From Candidatus Eiseniibacteriota bacterium (GTDB lineage Bacteria; Eisenbacteria; RBG-16-71-46; JACRLI01): a stretch of DNA of 64,000 bases. A program made the translations under genes and the position numbers. The stretch is taken from the NCBI GenBank assembly GCA_025351485.1, contig JANXVU010000073.1:9216-73215 (forward strand). Direction: 5' to 3'. The notes below the pieces were generated by a model. The model had not been told where the DNA came from. It searched no databases and saw only the letters and a program-made list of their open reading frames with translations. Positions 37,539 through 47,715 of this stretch are shown in pieces; positions within the stretch are counted from its first letter, which is position 1, and each line of letters begins with the position of its first letter.

Positions 37539-39632
37539 GTGAAGGAATTCGAACCCGCCAAGATCAGGAACATTGTCCTGCTCTCCCATGGCGGGGTGGG
37601 TAAAACCACCCTCGCCGAAGCCATCCTCTTCGATACAAAGATGACCACTCGCCTGGGGCGGATCGAAGACGGAACCACCCACATGGACTACAGCCCCGAC
37701 GAAATTCACCGCAAGATCTCGATCGCCCTCGCCAGCGCCTACTGCGAATACGACAACCACAAGATTAACATCCTGGACGTGCCCGGCTACGCGGACTTCG
37801 AGGGAGAAGTCATGTCGGCGGTCCGGGTGGCCGACGGCGCGCTGGTGCTGCTGCGCGCGCAGACCGGGGTCGAGGTGGGCACCGAACGCGCGTGGGACCT
37901 CGCGCACGACCGGCACCTGCCCACGATGATCGTTGTCAACATGATGGACAAGGAGCACTCCAACTTCCAGGTCGCGCTCAATTCCTTCAACACCAAGCTG
38001 GGCGGCAAGGCCGTTCCGCTGGAGATCCCGATCGGCGAAGCCGACAAGTTCAACGGCGTGATCGACCTGATCTCCATGCAGGCCCGCTATCACCACCGCG
38101 GCGACGGGGTGGAAGAGGACAAGCCCATCCCGACGGAGATGGAAGGCGCGGCCAGGGCGGCGCGCGCGGTGCTGGTGGAAGCGGCGGCCGAAGGCGACGA
38201 CGAGCTCATGGAAAAGTTCTTCGCCGAGGGCGACCTGACCACCGAGGAGATCGAGCGGGGGCTGCGCGAGTCCATCCTGCGCTGCACCTGCCAGCCGGCG
38301 GTGTGCATGTCGGCCTACCACAACGTGGGCATCCAGGAGTTGCTCGACAACATCATCCGGTTCATGCCCTCGCCGGTGGACCACGGGGCCATGGCGGGCG
38401 TGAAGCCCGGGACCGAAGACGAGATCCTGGCCAAGCCCGATCCGGCGGAGCCCTTTTCGGCCCAGGTGTTCAAGACCATCAGCGAGCCGCACGTCGGGGA
38501 GCTTTCTCTGTTCCGGGTGTTTTCCGGTTCGGTGGAGGCGGGGAAGGAAGTCTACAACACCACCCGCGACCACCCGGAAAAACTGGGCCAGATCTTCATG
38601 GTCCTGGGCAAGGAGCGCAAGGACGCCGGCCGCATCACCGCCGGCGACATCGGCGCCGCGGTCAAACTGAAGGGCACCGGGACCGGCGACACCCTGTGCG
38701 CAGCCTCCCGGCCGATCGTGTTCCCGCCGATCGAATTCCCCATAACCCAGCTCACCGTCGCGTTTCGCGCCAAGGCCAAGGGCGACGAGGAAAAGGTGGC
38801 CAGCGGCCTGCACAAGCTGCACGAGGAGGACCCGACCTTCAAGATGATGGTGGACGGGGACAACCACCAGACGCTGCTCCACGGCATGGGCGACGTGCAG
38901 CTGGACGTGATCGTGGACAAGCTCCGGCGCAAGTTTGGCGTGGAGATCGAGCTGTACAAGCCGCGCATCCCGTACCGCGAGACCATCAGGGGCAAGGTGG
39001 AAGAGCACTACCGGCACAAGAAGCAGACCGGAGGACGCGGCCAGTTCGGCGACGTGCACCTGCGGTTGGAGCCGCTTCCGCGCGGCACCGGCTTCCAGTT
39101 CTCGGACGAGATCAAGGGCGGGGTGGTGCCCAACCAGTACATCCCGGCGGTGGAAAAGGGGGTCGCGGAGGCCCTGCACGAGGGCGTGCTGGCCGGCTAC
39201 CCGGTGGTGGACGTCAAGGTGGCGCTGTTCTTCGGCTCGTACCACACCGTGGACAGCTCCGAAATGGCGTTCAAGCTGGCCGCCATGAACTGCTTCAAGG
39301 AGGCCGCGCTGAAGGCGCATCCGGCGCTGCTGGAGCCCATCGTGGAGCTCGAGGTGATCACCCCCAAGGACTACATGGGCGACATCATGGGCGATCTAAG
39401 CTCCAAGCGCGGCAAGATCCTGGGCATGGAGGAGCAGGGCAAGCGCGAGAAGGTCAAGGCGCTGGTCCCGATGGCCGAGCTGTATAAGTACTCGTCCCAC
39501 CTGCGCAGCATGACCCAGGGCCGGGCGCAGCACCTGTTCAAGTTCTCTCACTACGAAGAAGTGCCGCGGGAGCAGGTGGACCGCATCGTGGCCGAGCACA
39601 AGGCCGAGAAGGAAGCCCAGCACGCGCACTAG
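37539..39632 (+). CDS. fusA: Elongation factor G paralog (EF-G2-like)
   Basis: SHGGVGKTT, DVPG, YRETI, KKQTGGRGQFG, GSYHTVDSSEMAF; G2 is RKISI; not in the str operon. Confidence 0.92.
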   Translation: MKEFEPAKIRNIVLLSHGGVGKTTLAEAILFDTKMTTRLGRIEDGTTHMDYSPDEIHRKISIALASAYCEYDNHKINILDVPGYADFEGEVMSAVRVADGALVLLRAQTGVEVGTERAWDLAHDRHLPTMIVVNMMDKEHSNFQVALNSFNTKLGGKAVPLEIPIGEADKFNGVIDLISMQARYHHRGDGVEEDKPIPTEMEGAARAARAVLVEAAAEGDDELMEKFFAEGDLTTEEIERGLRESILRCTCQPAVCMSAYHNVGIQELLDNIIRFMPSPVDHGAMAGVKPGTEDEILAKPDPAEPFSAQVFKTISEPHVGELSLFRVFSGSVEAGKEVYNTTRDHPEKLGQIFMVLGKERKDAGRITAGDIGAAVKLKGTGTGDTLCAASRPIVFPPIEFPITQLTVAFRAKAKGDEEKVASGLHKLHEEDPTFKMMVDGDNHQTLLHGMGDVQLDVIVDKLRRKFGVEIELYKPRIPYRETIRGKVEEHYRHKKQTGGRGQFGDVHLRLEPLPRGTGFQFSDEIKGGVVPNQYIPAVEKGVAEALHEGVLAGYPVVDVKVALFFGSYHTVDSSEMAFKLAAMNCFKEAALKAHPALLEPIVELEVITPKDYMGDIMGDLSSKRGKILGMEEQGKREKVKALVPMAELYKYSSHLRSMTQGRAQHLFKFSHYEEVPREQVDRIVAEHKAEKEAQHAH

Positions 39633-39647
39633 CGTTCCAGGAGGCGC

Positions 39648-40400
39648 ATGTCCGGTCATTCCAAGTGGTCGCAGATCAAGCGGAAGAAGGCGGTCACCGA
39701 CGCCGGCCGCGGGAGGCTGTTCACCAAGCTGATCCGGGAAATCACCGCCGCCGCGCGAAACGGCGGCGGTGATCCGGAGGGCAACCCGCGTCTTCGCACC
39801 GCCATCCAGACCGCCCGGAACGCCAACATGCCCAACGACAACATCGACCGCGCGGTGCAAAAGGGCGTGGGCAGCTCGGCCGACGTGAACTACGAGGAAA
39901 TCGTCTACGAGGGCTACGGCCCGTGCGGCGTGGCGGTGCTGGCGCTCTGCCTCACCGAGAACCGCAACCGCACCGCCAACGACGTGCGTTTCACTTTCGG
40001 CAAGTACAACGGCAACCTGGGAGGGGCCGGCGCGGTGGCGTGGAAGTTCGACGTGCGCGGCCTGATCACCGTGGAGCGTGCCGGGGTGGACGAAGAAACT
40101 CTCCTGGGCGTGGCGCTGGATGCCGGCGCGCTGGACGTGGACACCGGCGACCCCGAGAACTACGTGGTAGTGACCCAGGTGCCCTCGCTGGAGTCGGTCC
40201 GGTCGGCCCTCGCGGAGCACGGCATCCCGGTGGCCGGCAGCGAGATCGCGCGCGTTCCCCAAATCCTGGTGGCGCTGGAAGCCTCCGAGGCGATGAAAGT
40301 GCTCAAGCTGGTGGACGCCCTGGAGGAGCTGGATGACGTGCAAAAGGTGTGGACCGACGCCGAGATTCCCGATGAAGTCCTGTCCAGGATGGACGGGTAG
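39648..40400 (+). CDS. yebC: YebC/PmpR family protein
   Basis: MSGHSKWSQIKRKK, YEGYGP.GVA, LTENRNRT. Confidence 0.97.
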   Translation: MSGHSKWSQIKRKKAVTDAGRGRLFTKLIREITAAARNGGGDPEGNPRLRTAIQTARNANMPNDNIDRAVQKGVGSSADVNYEEIVYEGYGPCGVAVLALCLTENRNRTANDVRFTFGKYNGNLGGAGAVAWKFDVRGLITVERAGVDEETLLGVALDAGALDVDTGDPENYVVVTQVPSLESVRSALAEHGIPVAGSEIARVPQILVALEASEAMKVLKLVDALEELDDVQKVWTDAEIPDEVLSRMDG

Positions 40401-40406
40401 GGACGC

Positions 40407-40946
40407 TTGAAACGGGTCCTTGGAATCGATCCCGGCAGCCTCATCACCGGATTCGCGCTGGTGCGCGAGTCGGGCAGCGCGCGGGTGTGCGAGCGCTCGG
40501 GGCAAATCCATTTGGGCTCCGGCGAACTCACCGCGAGGCTGACCGTCCTGTTCCGGGAGCTCTCCACGTTGATCGAGCAAACCCACCCCGATTGCGTTGC
40601 CGTGGAATCCGCCTTTCACGCCAAGAGCGCGAAGAGCTCGCTGGTCCTGGGGCATGCCCGGGGAGTGGCGCTGCTGGTGGCCGGCCTGGCGGAGCTCCCG
40701 GTGGCCGAATACGCGCCCCGCGAGGTGAAGATGGCGGTGGTGGGCAAGGGCTCGGCCACCAAGGACCAGGTGCAGTACATGGTGCGGCGGCTGCTGTCGC
40801 TCCAGGCCGCGCCGAGGGCCGACGAGGCCGACGCCATGGCGGTCGGCCTGTGCCACCTGCACCGCGCCAAACTCCGCATTCCCCGCAGCGCCCCGCGCCG
40901 CTCGGCTTCCGAAGCCGCGCTGTGGCGCGCCAAGGCCCGCCCGTGA
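40407..40946 (+). CDS. ruvC: Holliday junction resolvase
   Basis: LGIDPG, AVESAF, LGHARGV, VVGKGSATKDQV, DEADA. Confidence 0.96.
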   Translation: MKRVLGIDPGSLITGFALVRESGSARVCERSGQIHLGSGELTARLTVLFRELSTLIEQTHPDCVAVESAFHAKSAKSSLVLGHARGVALLVAGLAELPVAEYAPREVKMAVVGKGSATKDQVQYMVRRLLSLQAAPRADEADAMAVGLCHLHRAKLRIPRSAPRRSASEAALWRAKARP

Positions 40947-41548
40947 TCGCAAGGCTCCAGGGAACGCTGGTCGCCCGCGGCACCAACTACGTGGTGATGG
41001 ACGTGCATGGCGTGGGCTACCACGTGGCCGTCCCAATTTCCACGCTGTCCCGGCTTGGCACCACCGGCGCCGAAGCCATCCTGCACACGCATCTCGCCGT
41101 GCGCGAGAGCGCCATGGAGCTGTATGGCTTTGCCACCCTGCCGGAAAAAGAGATCTTCGAACTGCTGCTGTCCGTGAGCGGCGTGGGCCCCAAGCTGGCG
41201 CTGGCGGTCCTTTCGGGCGCCGAAGTGCACCTGCTGCGCCGGGCCATTTCATCCGGCGACGTGGACCTGCTCACCGCGGTCCCGGGGATCGGCCGCAAGA
41301 CCGCCCAGCGCATCCTGATCGAGCTCAAGGAAAAGATGGGCCAGGTCGGGGTGGACGAAGTGGAAGTGGCCCCGTCGGGGGAGCTGGGCGATGCCGTGGA
41401 CGCCCTGGTGGCGTTGGGCTACTCGCGCCCGGTGGCGGCCGTGCACGTCCGCAAGGCTTCCGAAGGCAGCCCGGGGCTCAACGCCGAAGCGCTGGTGCGC
41501 AAGGCCCTGGCTCTGGCCAAGGGCGCCACGGTGGGCCGTTCCTCGTAG
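40943..41548 (+). CDS. ruvA: Holliday junction branch migration protein A
   Basis: IARLQGTL, GVGY.V, LYGF, VSGVGPKLAL, VPGIGRKTAQR. Confidence 0.96.
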   Translation: MIARLQGTLVARGTNYVVMDVHGVGYHVAVPISTLSRLGTTGAEAILHTHLAVRESAMELYGFATLPEKEIFELLLSVSGVGPKLALAVLSGAEVHLLRRAISSGDVDLLTAVPGIGRKTAQRILIELKEKMGQVGVDEVEVAPSGELGDAVDALVALGYSRPVAAVHVRKASEGSPGLNAEALVRKALALAKGATVGRSS

Positions 41549-41666
41549 AATCCCCGAATTCGACGGCATAAAGTTCTTCCTTACCCGGTCCGATAACACT
41601 CTCGTGAAGCGGAGCGCCCCCGGGGCGCCCCGCATGGTTGATTTTCGGACCCGAGGACTGATCCCC

Positions 41667-42209
41667 ATGGACGCCAAGGAAACCGGCAAGTCCCAGGCCA
41701 CGCCGTCCCAGCCGGCACCGCTGCCGCTGCCGGGCTCGCGCGAAGGCATGGAACGCCTGCGCCAGGAAGTGGACCGCTCGCAGCGCTACAACCATCCCCT
41801 GAGCATCGCGCTGCTGGACCTGGACCCGCTTCCCGCGGCGATGGTGCCGCGCGGGCTCCTGGACGAGCACGGGGTGGTGGGCCACTTTGTGCGCCGCGTG
41901 CGCATGGTGGCGCGTGACTGTGACGTGCTCGCGAGCTGGGGCTCCACCACGTTGCTGTGGGTGCTGCCGGAAACCGAGCTGGACGCCGGCGTGCTGGCCT
42001 GCGAGCGGCTTCGCCGCGCGCTGGCGGGCGCCGCCCCGGGGAACAGTCCGCCGCTCACGGTCTCCGTAGGGGTGGCGGAACTGGAGACCGGCGAAGAGGC
42101 CGACTTGCTGGTGAAGCGCACCAACGACGCGCTTCTGATCAGCCAGGCCCGTGGCCGCAACTGCGTGACGCGCGCCGACGTGCTGCCGCGGCCGGACTCG
42201 GCGGCGTAG
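41667..42209 (+). CDS. Degenerate GGDEF-domain protein
   Basis: E..RSQRY.HPLSIALLDLD, LPET, TVSVGVA, GRN.V; signature replaced by SWGSTTL. Confidence 0.8.
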   Translation: MDAKETGKSQATPSQPAPLPLPGSREGMERLRQEVDRSQRYNHPLSIALLDLDPLPAAMVPRGLLDEHGVVGHFVRRVRMVARDCDVLASWGSTTLLWVLPETELDAGVLACERLRRALAGAAPGNSPPLTVSVGVAELETGEEADLLVKRTNDALLISQARGRNCVTRADVLPRPDSAA

Positions 42210-42235
42210 CTCAAGAGTCCGACACCACGAAATAG

Positions 42236-42270
42236 GAAGGCCCGCGGGTCGCGAGACCGGCGGGCCTTTC
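42236..42270. terminator. Hairpin terminator between convergent GGDEF and rsgA genes
   Basis: GAAGGCCCGC-GGGTC-GCGA-GACC-GGCGGGCCTTTC. Confidence 0.65.
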
Positions 42271-42320
42271 GCATTTTGGGCGCCGCCGCCGCCCGGCGCG
42301 GGCGGGCAGCCGGCGCGCGG

Positions 42321-43391
42321 CTAGCGCCTGGGATTGCGCCGGGTCTGGGTGTTGAGGCCGCGCTGGCGCGCCACCGTTGCTCGCTTGGCTTCCAGTCTGG
42401 CGCGCTGGTCCTGGCGCTGGTCCAGGTGCTTGATCTCGGCCTGGAGCTTGCGGAAGTTTTCGAAACGTCCGGCATCGAGTTCCCCCGAGGCCAGTGCTGC
42501 GTTCACCGCGCACCCGGGCTCCTGTTCGTGCCCGCAGTCGGTGAAGCGGCAGCGCGTGCCCAGCTCCAATATGTCGGAGAAGGCGTCCGCGAGCCCGGTC
42601 TCCGAGTCCCACATCTGCAGTTCTCGCATGCCGGGGGTGTCGATCAGGAGCCCGCCGCCCGGAATGCGCAGCAGCTCCCGGTGCACGGTGGTGTGGCGGC
42701 CCTTGCCGTCTTCGCGCACCTCGGCGGTGCGCTGCGCTTCGTGTCCGGCAAGGCGATTGATCAGCGTGGACTTTCCCACTCCCGAAGAGCCCACCATGGC
42801 CCCGGTGCGGCTTCCCGAAAGATACTGCCGCAGCTCTTCCACGCCATCCCCGTTGCGTCCGTTCACCACGTGGACCGGCGCCGTGCCCGCGATGGCGCGG
42901 GCCGCTTCCGCGCGGGCACCCGGATCTTCGCACAGGTCGGCCTTGGTCAGGGCCAGCACCGGCGCCGCGCCGCTCTCCCATGCGAGCGCCAGGTAGCGCT
43001 CCAACCGCCGGGGATTCACCTCGCCGTCCAAGGCGCTCACCACGAACAGCGTGTCCACGTTGGCGGCGATAACCTGCTCCTCCGTCTTGGCGCCCACGGC
43101 CTTCCGGGAAAAGCAGGATGACCGGCCCAGCACCGCCTGCACCGTGCCGCGCTCCTCGCCCGCCAGCGGCTTGTACGCCACCCAGTCGCCCACCACCGGC
43201 AGATCGCCGGGGCCCTCGGCATGGTGACGCAGGCGTCCGGCCAGACTGGCGTAGATTTCCCCGGCAGCGGTGTACAGGCGGATCTCGTTGCGGTGCTCCG
43301 CGGCCACCCGCGCGGGCAGGAGGCCGGCGGTGCGGTGGGGCTCGAATTCCGCGGTAAGCCGCTCGCTCCAGCCCAGTTCTTCCAGGCTCAA
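42321..43391 (-). CDS. rsgA: Ribosome small subunit-dependent GTPase A
   Basis: VVGDWV, IAANVD, TKADL, GSSGVGKSTL.N, GRHTT, DTPGMRE, CRF.DC.H..EPGC. Confidence 0.96.
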   Translation of the reverse strand: MSLEELGWSERLTAEFEPHRTAGLLPARVAAEHRNEIRLYTAAGEIYASLAGRLRHHAEGPGDLPVVGDWVAYKPLAGEERGTVQAVLGRSSCFSRKAVGAKTEEQVIAANVDTLFVVSALDGEVNPRRLERYLALAWESGAAPVLALTKADLCEDPGARAEAARAIAGTAPVHVVNGRNGDGVEELRQYLSGSRTGAMVGSSGVGKSTLINRLAGHEAQRTAEVREDGKGRHTTVHRELLRIPGGGLLIDTPGMRELQMWDSETGLADAFSDILELGTRCRFTDCGHEQEPGCAVNAALASGELDAGRFENFRKLQAEIKHLDQRQDQRARLEAKRATVARQRGLNTQTRRNPRR

Positions 43392-45751
43392 CGGCCGCTC
43401 CCGTATTCGAGCTTCAAGCGGCTCTCCACGTCCGAGGCCGAGGGCGCCCCCAGGCGCAGCTCGAACCACCGCCCCGCGGCCCACGTCCGCAAATGGTCGG
43501 CAAAGTGCGGGGACCGGGGGTCCTCGGAGTTGCCGGGAGGAAGCGACACGCGCATGGAACTGTCCTGCGAAAGATCGGATACCTGGCGCATCGACGGGCC
43601 CGCGGTGACTTCGGCGGATGCAGGAGTCCACCCGCCCGACACGTTCACCGAGTACCGGTCGCCGCGCACCCACACCGGATCGGGCCGGAACTCGCGGGCG
43701 CGGCCCTCCAGCGGGCTCACGAAGTGGGCGACGTGCGCCCGTCCCCAGGACCACGCCGGGGAGATCGCGCCGAACTTCTTGTGCAGCATGCCCACCGCGG
43801 TCTCGAAGGATTCCGCGAGCACGGCGGCGAGCCTCTCCCCGCGCAGAGAATCGGGCGCGCCGACGCGATCATCCAACAGCGCGTCCAGGTAGCCGTCGTA
43901 GCCGTTTGCCTCGAGCCTGCGGGCGGCGCAGTAAAACCACGCGCGGAAGATCGTGGGCGCGACCGCCTGGGAATCCGGCAAGCCGCCCCACGCGCGAAGC
44001 TCCTCTCGCGCCTTCGCGGCCTCCGGGCCCAGCGACCTTTCCGCGAGCCGTCCCAGCATGCGCGGGGCGAACCGCACCCATTGGGGCGAGAGCGCGTCGA
44101 ACTGGAACGCGGTCATGGAATCCACGCTGGCGTGCCGGGAATCCCCCAGCAGCCGGGCCAACCGCTGCGCGCGGTAGCTCATGAAGAAGTCGCCGATCTG
44201 GAAAGGATAGGAAGCACCGGCGGGGCGGTTGTTGGTATTCACGAAGTAGCCGTCGGCGGGCGAGTCGGACCCGGGCATGGAGTCTGCCGGGATGAGGGCC
44301 GGAAATTCGGATGCGCGGGAGGTGCCATCCAGCGGCAGCGGTTCCTGCGCCGTTCGGTATCCGGGAATCCAGCCGCAGGTGCGGTAAGCGAGGCGGCCCT
44401 CCATGTCGGCCGCGATCACGTTCAGCGTGGGCGTGGGCAGGTCTTGGAACTGGCGGGCGGCATCCGCGGCGCTCAGCGCCGTTTCAGGCGCAAGACTCCT
44501 CAAGCGGACCGGCAGGTCCGACATGGCATACCACCCCAGTGAATAGCCCCGATGCTTCTTCTTGTCCTCCTGGATCAGCGGACCATGCCGGGTGTAGCGC
44601 GCCTTGATCCAGAAGAGCGGGAACCGGATCGGGCCAAGCCGGTAGCGGAGCCCCAGCGGTTTTTCGCGGATCGGCTCCCAGTGGCCTTCGTACAGGGTGT
44701 GGTGGCCGGAGGCATCCAGCGATTCGGCCCACACCGGCGAGACGTTGGCCCCCAGGGCAGTCACTCCCCAGGTCACGCGCCGGGTGCGGCCCGAGACGAT
44801 CACCGGCAGGCCGGGAACGCAGAACCCAGCGGCCACCAGGGTGTCCGGGACTTCCAGCGCCACGGCATACCACTGCGAAGGTTCAGAGTGGCTGAGATGG
44901 GTGTCGTTGGCCAGAATCGGCTTGCCGGAGGCGGTGCGGGAACCGCCGATCGCAAACGCGTTGCTGGCGCCGGGGCCCCACGCGGGAAGCAGGCTGCGAA
45001 GGTCCACGGCAAGCTGCGGGCCGGCGCCGGGGAATCGCCCGCCGGCCTGTGAAACCGCGCCCGATGCCGGCCCCGATGCCAGCCCCGCCGTGACGTACTC
45101 CACGTCGTGCTCGCTCAGCCGCCAGCGCTTCCAGAACTCGGTGAGGCCGTGGGAGGCCACCCATTGCCCGCGAGAGAGTTGCTGGGTGTCCAGGTCCAGG
45201 TCGAGTCCCTGCAGGTACATCACTTCGATGGAGGCGACCGGAGTCCACGGCTCGGGGCGGGAGTGGGTGATCTCAAAGCCGCGGGCAAGCGGGTGCTTTC
45301 CCGCGTTCACTTCGGTCACGTACTGGTTGATGCCCGCGGTGAGCGCGACGATACGTCGACCCAGCGGAGAGTTCTCGCCGATCTGATCCCAGGTGCGGTG
45401 CGCGCGGGCCTCCAGGCCCAGGGTGAGCATCAGCCCGTCGCTCTGCAGCTGCGAGTTGTCCATCACGTCCGAGAGGCGCCCTTCGGCCAGCATCCGCCAG
45501 TAGTTCATCTGCCACAGCCGGTCGCGCGACTGGGCGTAGCCCATGGCGAAGAAGAGCGAGCGCTGGTCACCGGCGGAAATGTGGGGGATGCCCGCGCGGT
45601 CGGTGACGATGTCGGCCTTGACGGGAAAGTTCAGCGGGGGTGGGGCGGAGGCGCGGGGTGCGGGCGAGCAGCCCGCCAGGCATACGGCCGCGCCCAACGC
45701 CGAGACGAGGGCAGGGAAAAATCCGGGGCGGCGCGGTTTCCTTATGGGCAT
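43388..45751 (-). CDS. Penicillin acylase family (Ntn hydrolase) lipoprotein
   Basis: [17 protein letters not shown], catalytic [36 protein letters not shown]; lipobox LAGC. Confidence 0.93.
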   Translation of the reverse strand: MPIRKPRRPGFFPALVSALGAAVCLAGCSPAPRASAPPPLNFPVKADIVTDRAGIPHISAGDQRSLFFAMGYAQSRDRLWQMNYWRMLAEGRLSDVMDNSQLQSDGLMLTLGLEARAHRTWDQIGENSPLGRRIVALTAGINQYVTEVNAGKHPLARGFEITHSRPEPWTPVASIEVMYLQGLDLDLDTQQLSRGQWVASHGLTEFWKRWRLSEHDVEYVTAGLASGPASGAVSQAGGRFPGAGPQLAVDLRSLLPAWGPGASNAFAIGGSRTASGKPILANDTHLSHSEPSQWYAVALEVPDTLVAAGFCVPGLPVIVSGRTRRVTWGVTALGANVSPVWAESLDASGHHTLYEGHWEPIREKPLGLRYRLGPIRFPLFWIKARYTRHGPLIQEDKKKHRGYSLGWYAMSDLPVRLRSLAPETALSAADAARQFQDLPTPTLNVIAADMEGRLAYRTCGWIPGYRTAQEPLPLDGTSRASEFPALIPADSMPGSDSPADGYFVNTNNRPAGASYPFQIGDFFMSYRAQRLARLLGDSRHASVDSMTAFQFDALSPQWVRFAPRMLGRLAERSLGPEAAKAREELRAWGGLPDSQAVAPTIFRAWFYCAARRLEANGYDGYLDALLDDRVGAPDSLRGERLAAVLAESFETAVGMLHKKFGAISPAWSWGRAHVAHFVSPLEGRAREFRPDPVWVRGDRYSVNVSGGWTPASAEVTAGPSMRQVSDLSQDSSMRVSLPPGNSEDPRSPHFADHLRTWAAGRWFELRLGAPSASDVESRLKLEYGSGR

Positions 45752-45844
45752 GCCCGGGAGTGTACGGGGCGGCGGAAGGCCGTGCAAGAACGCCCGCACA
45801 CCGGTTTCGGCCCCTGCCACTCTTATGATATTCTTCCCTCCGCC

Positions 45845-46927
45845 ATGCCCAAGCCGCGCACCGATACTACCATCCAGCCTTCCGACCCCAACGGGCGGCT
45901 CACCGATCCGGGACTCGCCGAGGGCGAGGACCAGCTCGAGAAGAGCCTGCGCCCGCGGCGGCTGTCGGAGTTCCTGGGCCAGACGCAGGTGAAAGAGAGC
46001 CTGAGCATCTTCCTGCAGGCGGCCACCCAGCGGGAAGAGGCGCTCGACCACGTGCTGCTCCACGGCCCCCCGGGCCTGGGCAAGACCACCCTGGCCGGAA
46101 TCCTGGCGGCGGAGATGGGCGTGCCGGTGATCCACACTTCCGGCCCCGCCATCGAGCGCCCCGGGGATCTGGCCGGCCTGCTCACGAATTTGGAGCCCCG
46201 CAGCGTGCTGTTCGTGGACGAGATCCATCGCCTGCACCCGGTGGTGGAGGAATACCTGTATCCGGCCATGGAAGACTTCTGCCTGGACATCATGATCGAC
46301 CGTGGCCCCAGCGCCCGCTCGCTCCGGCTGAACCTGGAACGCTTCACGCTGGTGGGGGCCACCACGCGGGCCGGGCTGATTTCGTCCCCGCTGCGGGCCC
46401 GGTTCGGCATGACAGTGCGGCTGGACTACTATGCGTCCGCCGAGCTCGCCGAGATCGTCCGCCGCTCGTCTTCCCTGCTGAACTTTGAGATCGCGCCGGA
46501 GGCCGTGGACGAGATCGGCCGGCGCTCCCGCGGCACCCCCCGGGTGGCCAACCGCCTTCTGCGCCGGGTGCGCGATTTCGCCCAGATTCGCGGCAACGGA
46601 GTGGGGGCTCCGGACGTCACACTGGAGGCCCTGGAAATGCTGAACGTGGACCATCTGGGTCTGGACGACATGGACCGGCGGCTGCTGCAGGCCCTGATCT
46701 ACAAGTACGGCGGGGGTCCCGTGGGGATCGGAACCCTGGCGGTGGTGCTGGGGGAAGAGGCCGGCACGCTGGAAGATGTCTACGAGCCGTACCTGATCCA
46801 GGAAGGATTCCTGAAACGCACCTCCCGGGGACGGGAAGCCACCGCGAGGGCCTACCAGCACCTGGGCCTCGAAGTGCCCCCGGGACGCGCGGAAGAAGCG
46901 CCCAAGCAGAGCGATCTTTTCGAGTAG
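45845..46927 (+). CDS. ruvB: Holliday junction branch migration helicase B
   Basis: [54 protein letters not shown]. Confidence 0.98.
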   Translation: MPKPRTDTTIQPSDPNGRLTDPGLAEGEDQLEKSLRPRRLSEFLGQTQVKESLSIFLQAATQREEALDHVLLHGPPGLGKTTLAGILAAEMGVPVIHTSGPAIERPGDLAGLLTNLEPRSVLFVDEIHRLHPVVEEYLYPAMEDFCLDIMIDRGPSARSLRLNLERFTLVGATTRAGLISSPLRARFGMTVRLDYYASAELAEIVRRSSSLLNFEIAPEAVDEIGRRSRGTPRVANRLLRRVRDFAQIRGNGVGAPDVTLEALEMLNVDHLGLDDMDRRLLQALIYKYGGGPVGIGTLAVVLGEEAGTLEDVYEPYLIQEGFLKRTSRGREATARAYQHLGLEVPPGRAEEAPKQSDLFE

Positions 46928-46997
46928 CACATAGCCTGGATCACGTTCCATGCGGCGGCCGAACGGCCGCCGCACTCATGAATCTCCTGGAGGATCG

Positions 46998-47612
46998 ATG
47001 AAAAAGCTGGCGACCTTGATGCTTTTGGGTCTGACGATGATCGCGCTCAAGCCGGCCACCGGCTCGGCCGAGGAAAAGGCCGCTCCTGCCTATTGCCACC
47101 GGGTGCGGATGGTCGCCTCGGCGGGCGTGCAGGGAGTGCAGGACCAGACTCCGTTCATGGTCGTGCCCGAGTGGGCGAACATGTCCGACACCACTTCGGC
47201 GGACACCATGCTGACCTCCACCAAGGTGTGGGACGGCAAGCCGCTCTACCGGATCAACAAGGAGCGCGAGTCGCGCATCGACGTGGAAGGCCCGACTTCG
47301 CTGGCGGTGGTCTCCATGGCCCCGTTCCACCGCGAGGGCCTGGCGTACGAGATGTACTACGCCGTCTCGATCCGCGTGGACGACAATAAGCCCGAGGTGG
47401 TGTGGCTCAAGACCACCCGCGCCAACCCGCTCTACACCACGCAGGTGCCGGGCTGGACGTTCGGCCTGCCGGAGCCGGTGGAAGTGAACCTGCCCGCCGG
47501 CAAGCACTCGGTGTACGTGAAGTTCGCGAAGGGCGACTTCGACTTCGCCTACGTGACTTTCCAGAAGACCATGTTTACCGACCAGATCGCACCGCCCGCG
47601 CCGCCCAAGTAG
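46998..47612 (+). CDS. Secreted hypothetical beta-rich protein
   Basis: GGAGG SD; MKKLATLMLLGLTMIALKPATGSA signal peptide. Confidence 0.8.
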   Translation: MKKLATLMLLGLTMIALKPATGSAEEKAAPAYCHRVRMVASAGVQGVQDQTPFMVVPEWANMSDTTSADTMLTSTKVWDGKPLYRINKERESRIDVEGPTSLAVVSMAPFHREGLAYEMYYAVSIRVDDNKPEVVWLKTTRANPLYTTQVPGWTFGLPEPVEVNLPAGKHSVYVKFAKGDFDFAYVTFQKTMFTDQIAPPAPPK

Positions 47613-47639
47613 AATCGGGCAGCAAGGCGAATTCAAAAG

Positions 47640-47677
47640 AAACGAGGCGGCCCGCAAGGACCGCCTCGTTTTGCTTT
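47640..47677. terminator. Bidirectional intrinsic terminator
   Basis: AAACGAGGCGG-loop-CCGCCTCGTTTT between convergent genes. Confidence 0.8.
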
Positions 47678-47715
47678 GCCGGACCGGCCGCCCGGGCGGC
47701 CGCCCAACCGCCGAA

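Noticed and set aside
45752..46975. Apparent 1195-aa penicillin acylase fusion
   Set aside because: The N-terminal ~400 aa are antisense to ruvB; the real start is ATG 45751 with a lipoprotein signal.
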